Part shown: in pieces, positions 63,055 through 63,768 of the stretch
Layout of the letters: each line of letters starts with the position of its first letter
Position numbering within the stretch: position 1 is the stretch's first letter
IMG/VR virus record: IMGVR_UViG_3300036398_002458
Coordinates: 1-63,768 of that record
Origin: a virus
Taxonomy: Duplodnaviria; Caudoviricetes
Direction: 5' to 3' (one strand)
DNA length: 63,768 nt
The notes under the pieces: generated by a model
The model's database searches: none
Seen by the model: only the letters and a program-made list of their open reading frames with translations
Told to the model about the DNA's origin: nothing
Program-made: the position numbers and the translations under genes

Positions 63055-63390
63055 ATGGCTACGACTATTACCTGGGTAATCTCTGCCCTTGATTGCATCC
63101 CCAACACCCCTGAAGGTGCTGACTACGTTGTCACGGCCCACTGGTCCTGCAACGGCACGGACGGCACTTATAGCGGCAGCGTCTACTCGACCTGCTCGTT
63201 CCCGGTGGTGCAGGGTTCTTCGTTTGTGCCCTACGCACAATTGACAGAGAATGAGGTTCTGGGCTGGTGCTGGGCAAACGGCGTAGACAAGGCCGCAACC
63301 GAAGCCGCCGTTGAGCAACAAATCCAGAACCAGATCAACCCGCCCATCGTGCAACCCCCGTTGCCCTGGGCTGCTCCCGTAACTGCTTAA
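63055..63390 (+). CDS. Tail-associated hypothetical protein
   Basis: AAGGAG RBS; VVTAHW..FVPYAQLTENEVLGW..LPW. Confidence 0.75.
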   Translation: MATTITWVISALDCIPNTPEGADYVVTAHWSCNGTDGTYSGSVYSTCSFPVVQGSSFVPYAQLTENEVLGWCWANGVDKAATEAAVEQQIQNQINPPIVQPPLPWAAPVTA

Positions 63391-63768
63391 CCCAACTCCG
63401 AAAGGAAACCCATGAACGACAAGACTGAAATCAAACTGACCCTCGGCTTGGTCAACGGCATCCTGCAATACCTGGGCACCCGCCCGTATTCGGAAGTGTT
63501 CCCGTTGATCGCGGAAATCCAGTCGCAGGCTACGCCGCAGGTGCCGGTGCCTGACGTCGCTCAAGGCGAAACCCAGGTGCAGTGATGGAAGAGTCGGTCG
63601 AAGTGCGCGTAGCGGTGCATGAGGCCGTCTGCGCCCAGAGGTACGAGGCGATTGAGAAGCGCCTTGAAGATGGCAGCAAGCGGATGCGAAACATCGAAGT
63701 CTGGCTGTACATCACTCTGGGCGCTGTTCTGCTTGGCCCTGGCGCAATGGCAGAGGTGGTCAAGAAGT
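63219..63768 (+). repeat. Terminal direct repeat, right copy (see 1-522)
   Basis: Direct comparison of the two ends. Confidence 0.95.
63412..63585 (+). CDS. Small hypothetical protein, 57 aa (allele of 163-339)
   Basis: AAGGA RBS; MNDKTEIKLTLGLVNGILQYLGTRPYSEVFPLIAEIQSQATPQVPVPDVAQGETQVQ*. Confidence 0.85.
   Translation: MNDKTEIKLTLGLVNGILQYLGTRPYSEVFPLIAEIQSQATPQVPVPDVAQGETQVQ

Overview
The window is an essentially complete ~63.2-kb circular(ised) genome of a GC-rich tailed dsDNA phage, probably podovirus-like (no tape-measure or sheath gene was recognised) and probably infecting a proteobacterium (inference). The two contig ends overlap by ~520-550 bp, with different alleles in the middle of the overlap. 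A minus-strand early/replication arm (40886->18658) encodes many small ORFs, an AAA+/vWA/DUF3150-like trio, an XRE-HTH/sigma70-region-4 fusion, a Rap1a-like protein, family A DNA polymerase, Cas4-like and VRR-NUC nucleases, an SNF2 helicase and a primase-helicase. A plus-strand late arm (41270->63768/1->18661) encodes terminase, portal, a GT2 glycosyltransferase, GroES, scaffold, capsid, a GIY-YIG endonuclease, tail and fibre genes, lysis genes and large internal virion proteins. No integrase, tRNA, CRISPR array or reverse transcriptase was recognised. The most unusual feature is in 32.8-41.0 kb: a 15-bp palindrome ATCTAAG-G-CTTAGAT occurs 9 times, plus 4 variants (one at 26.1 kb), with the odd-length copies all in one orientation. 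It marks early-gene junctions (three times supplying the stop codon, always just ahead of the next RBS), brackets a ~300-nt GNRA-rich structured RNA candidate that is the first thing transcribed from a near-consensus sigma70 promoter, and clusters beside an iteron-bearing inverted-repeat origin candidate. Other highlights are an overprinted gene inside the 2039-aa virion protein, apparent AGCT avoidance, a shared [MYFL]AxGG motif in virion proteins, and nucleotide-identical linkers in the tail fibre. All family assignments come from motif recognition by eye, not database searches.
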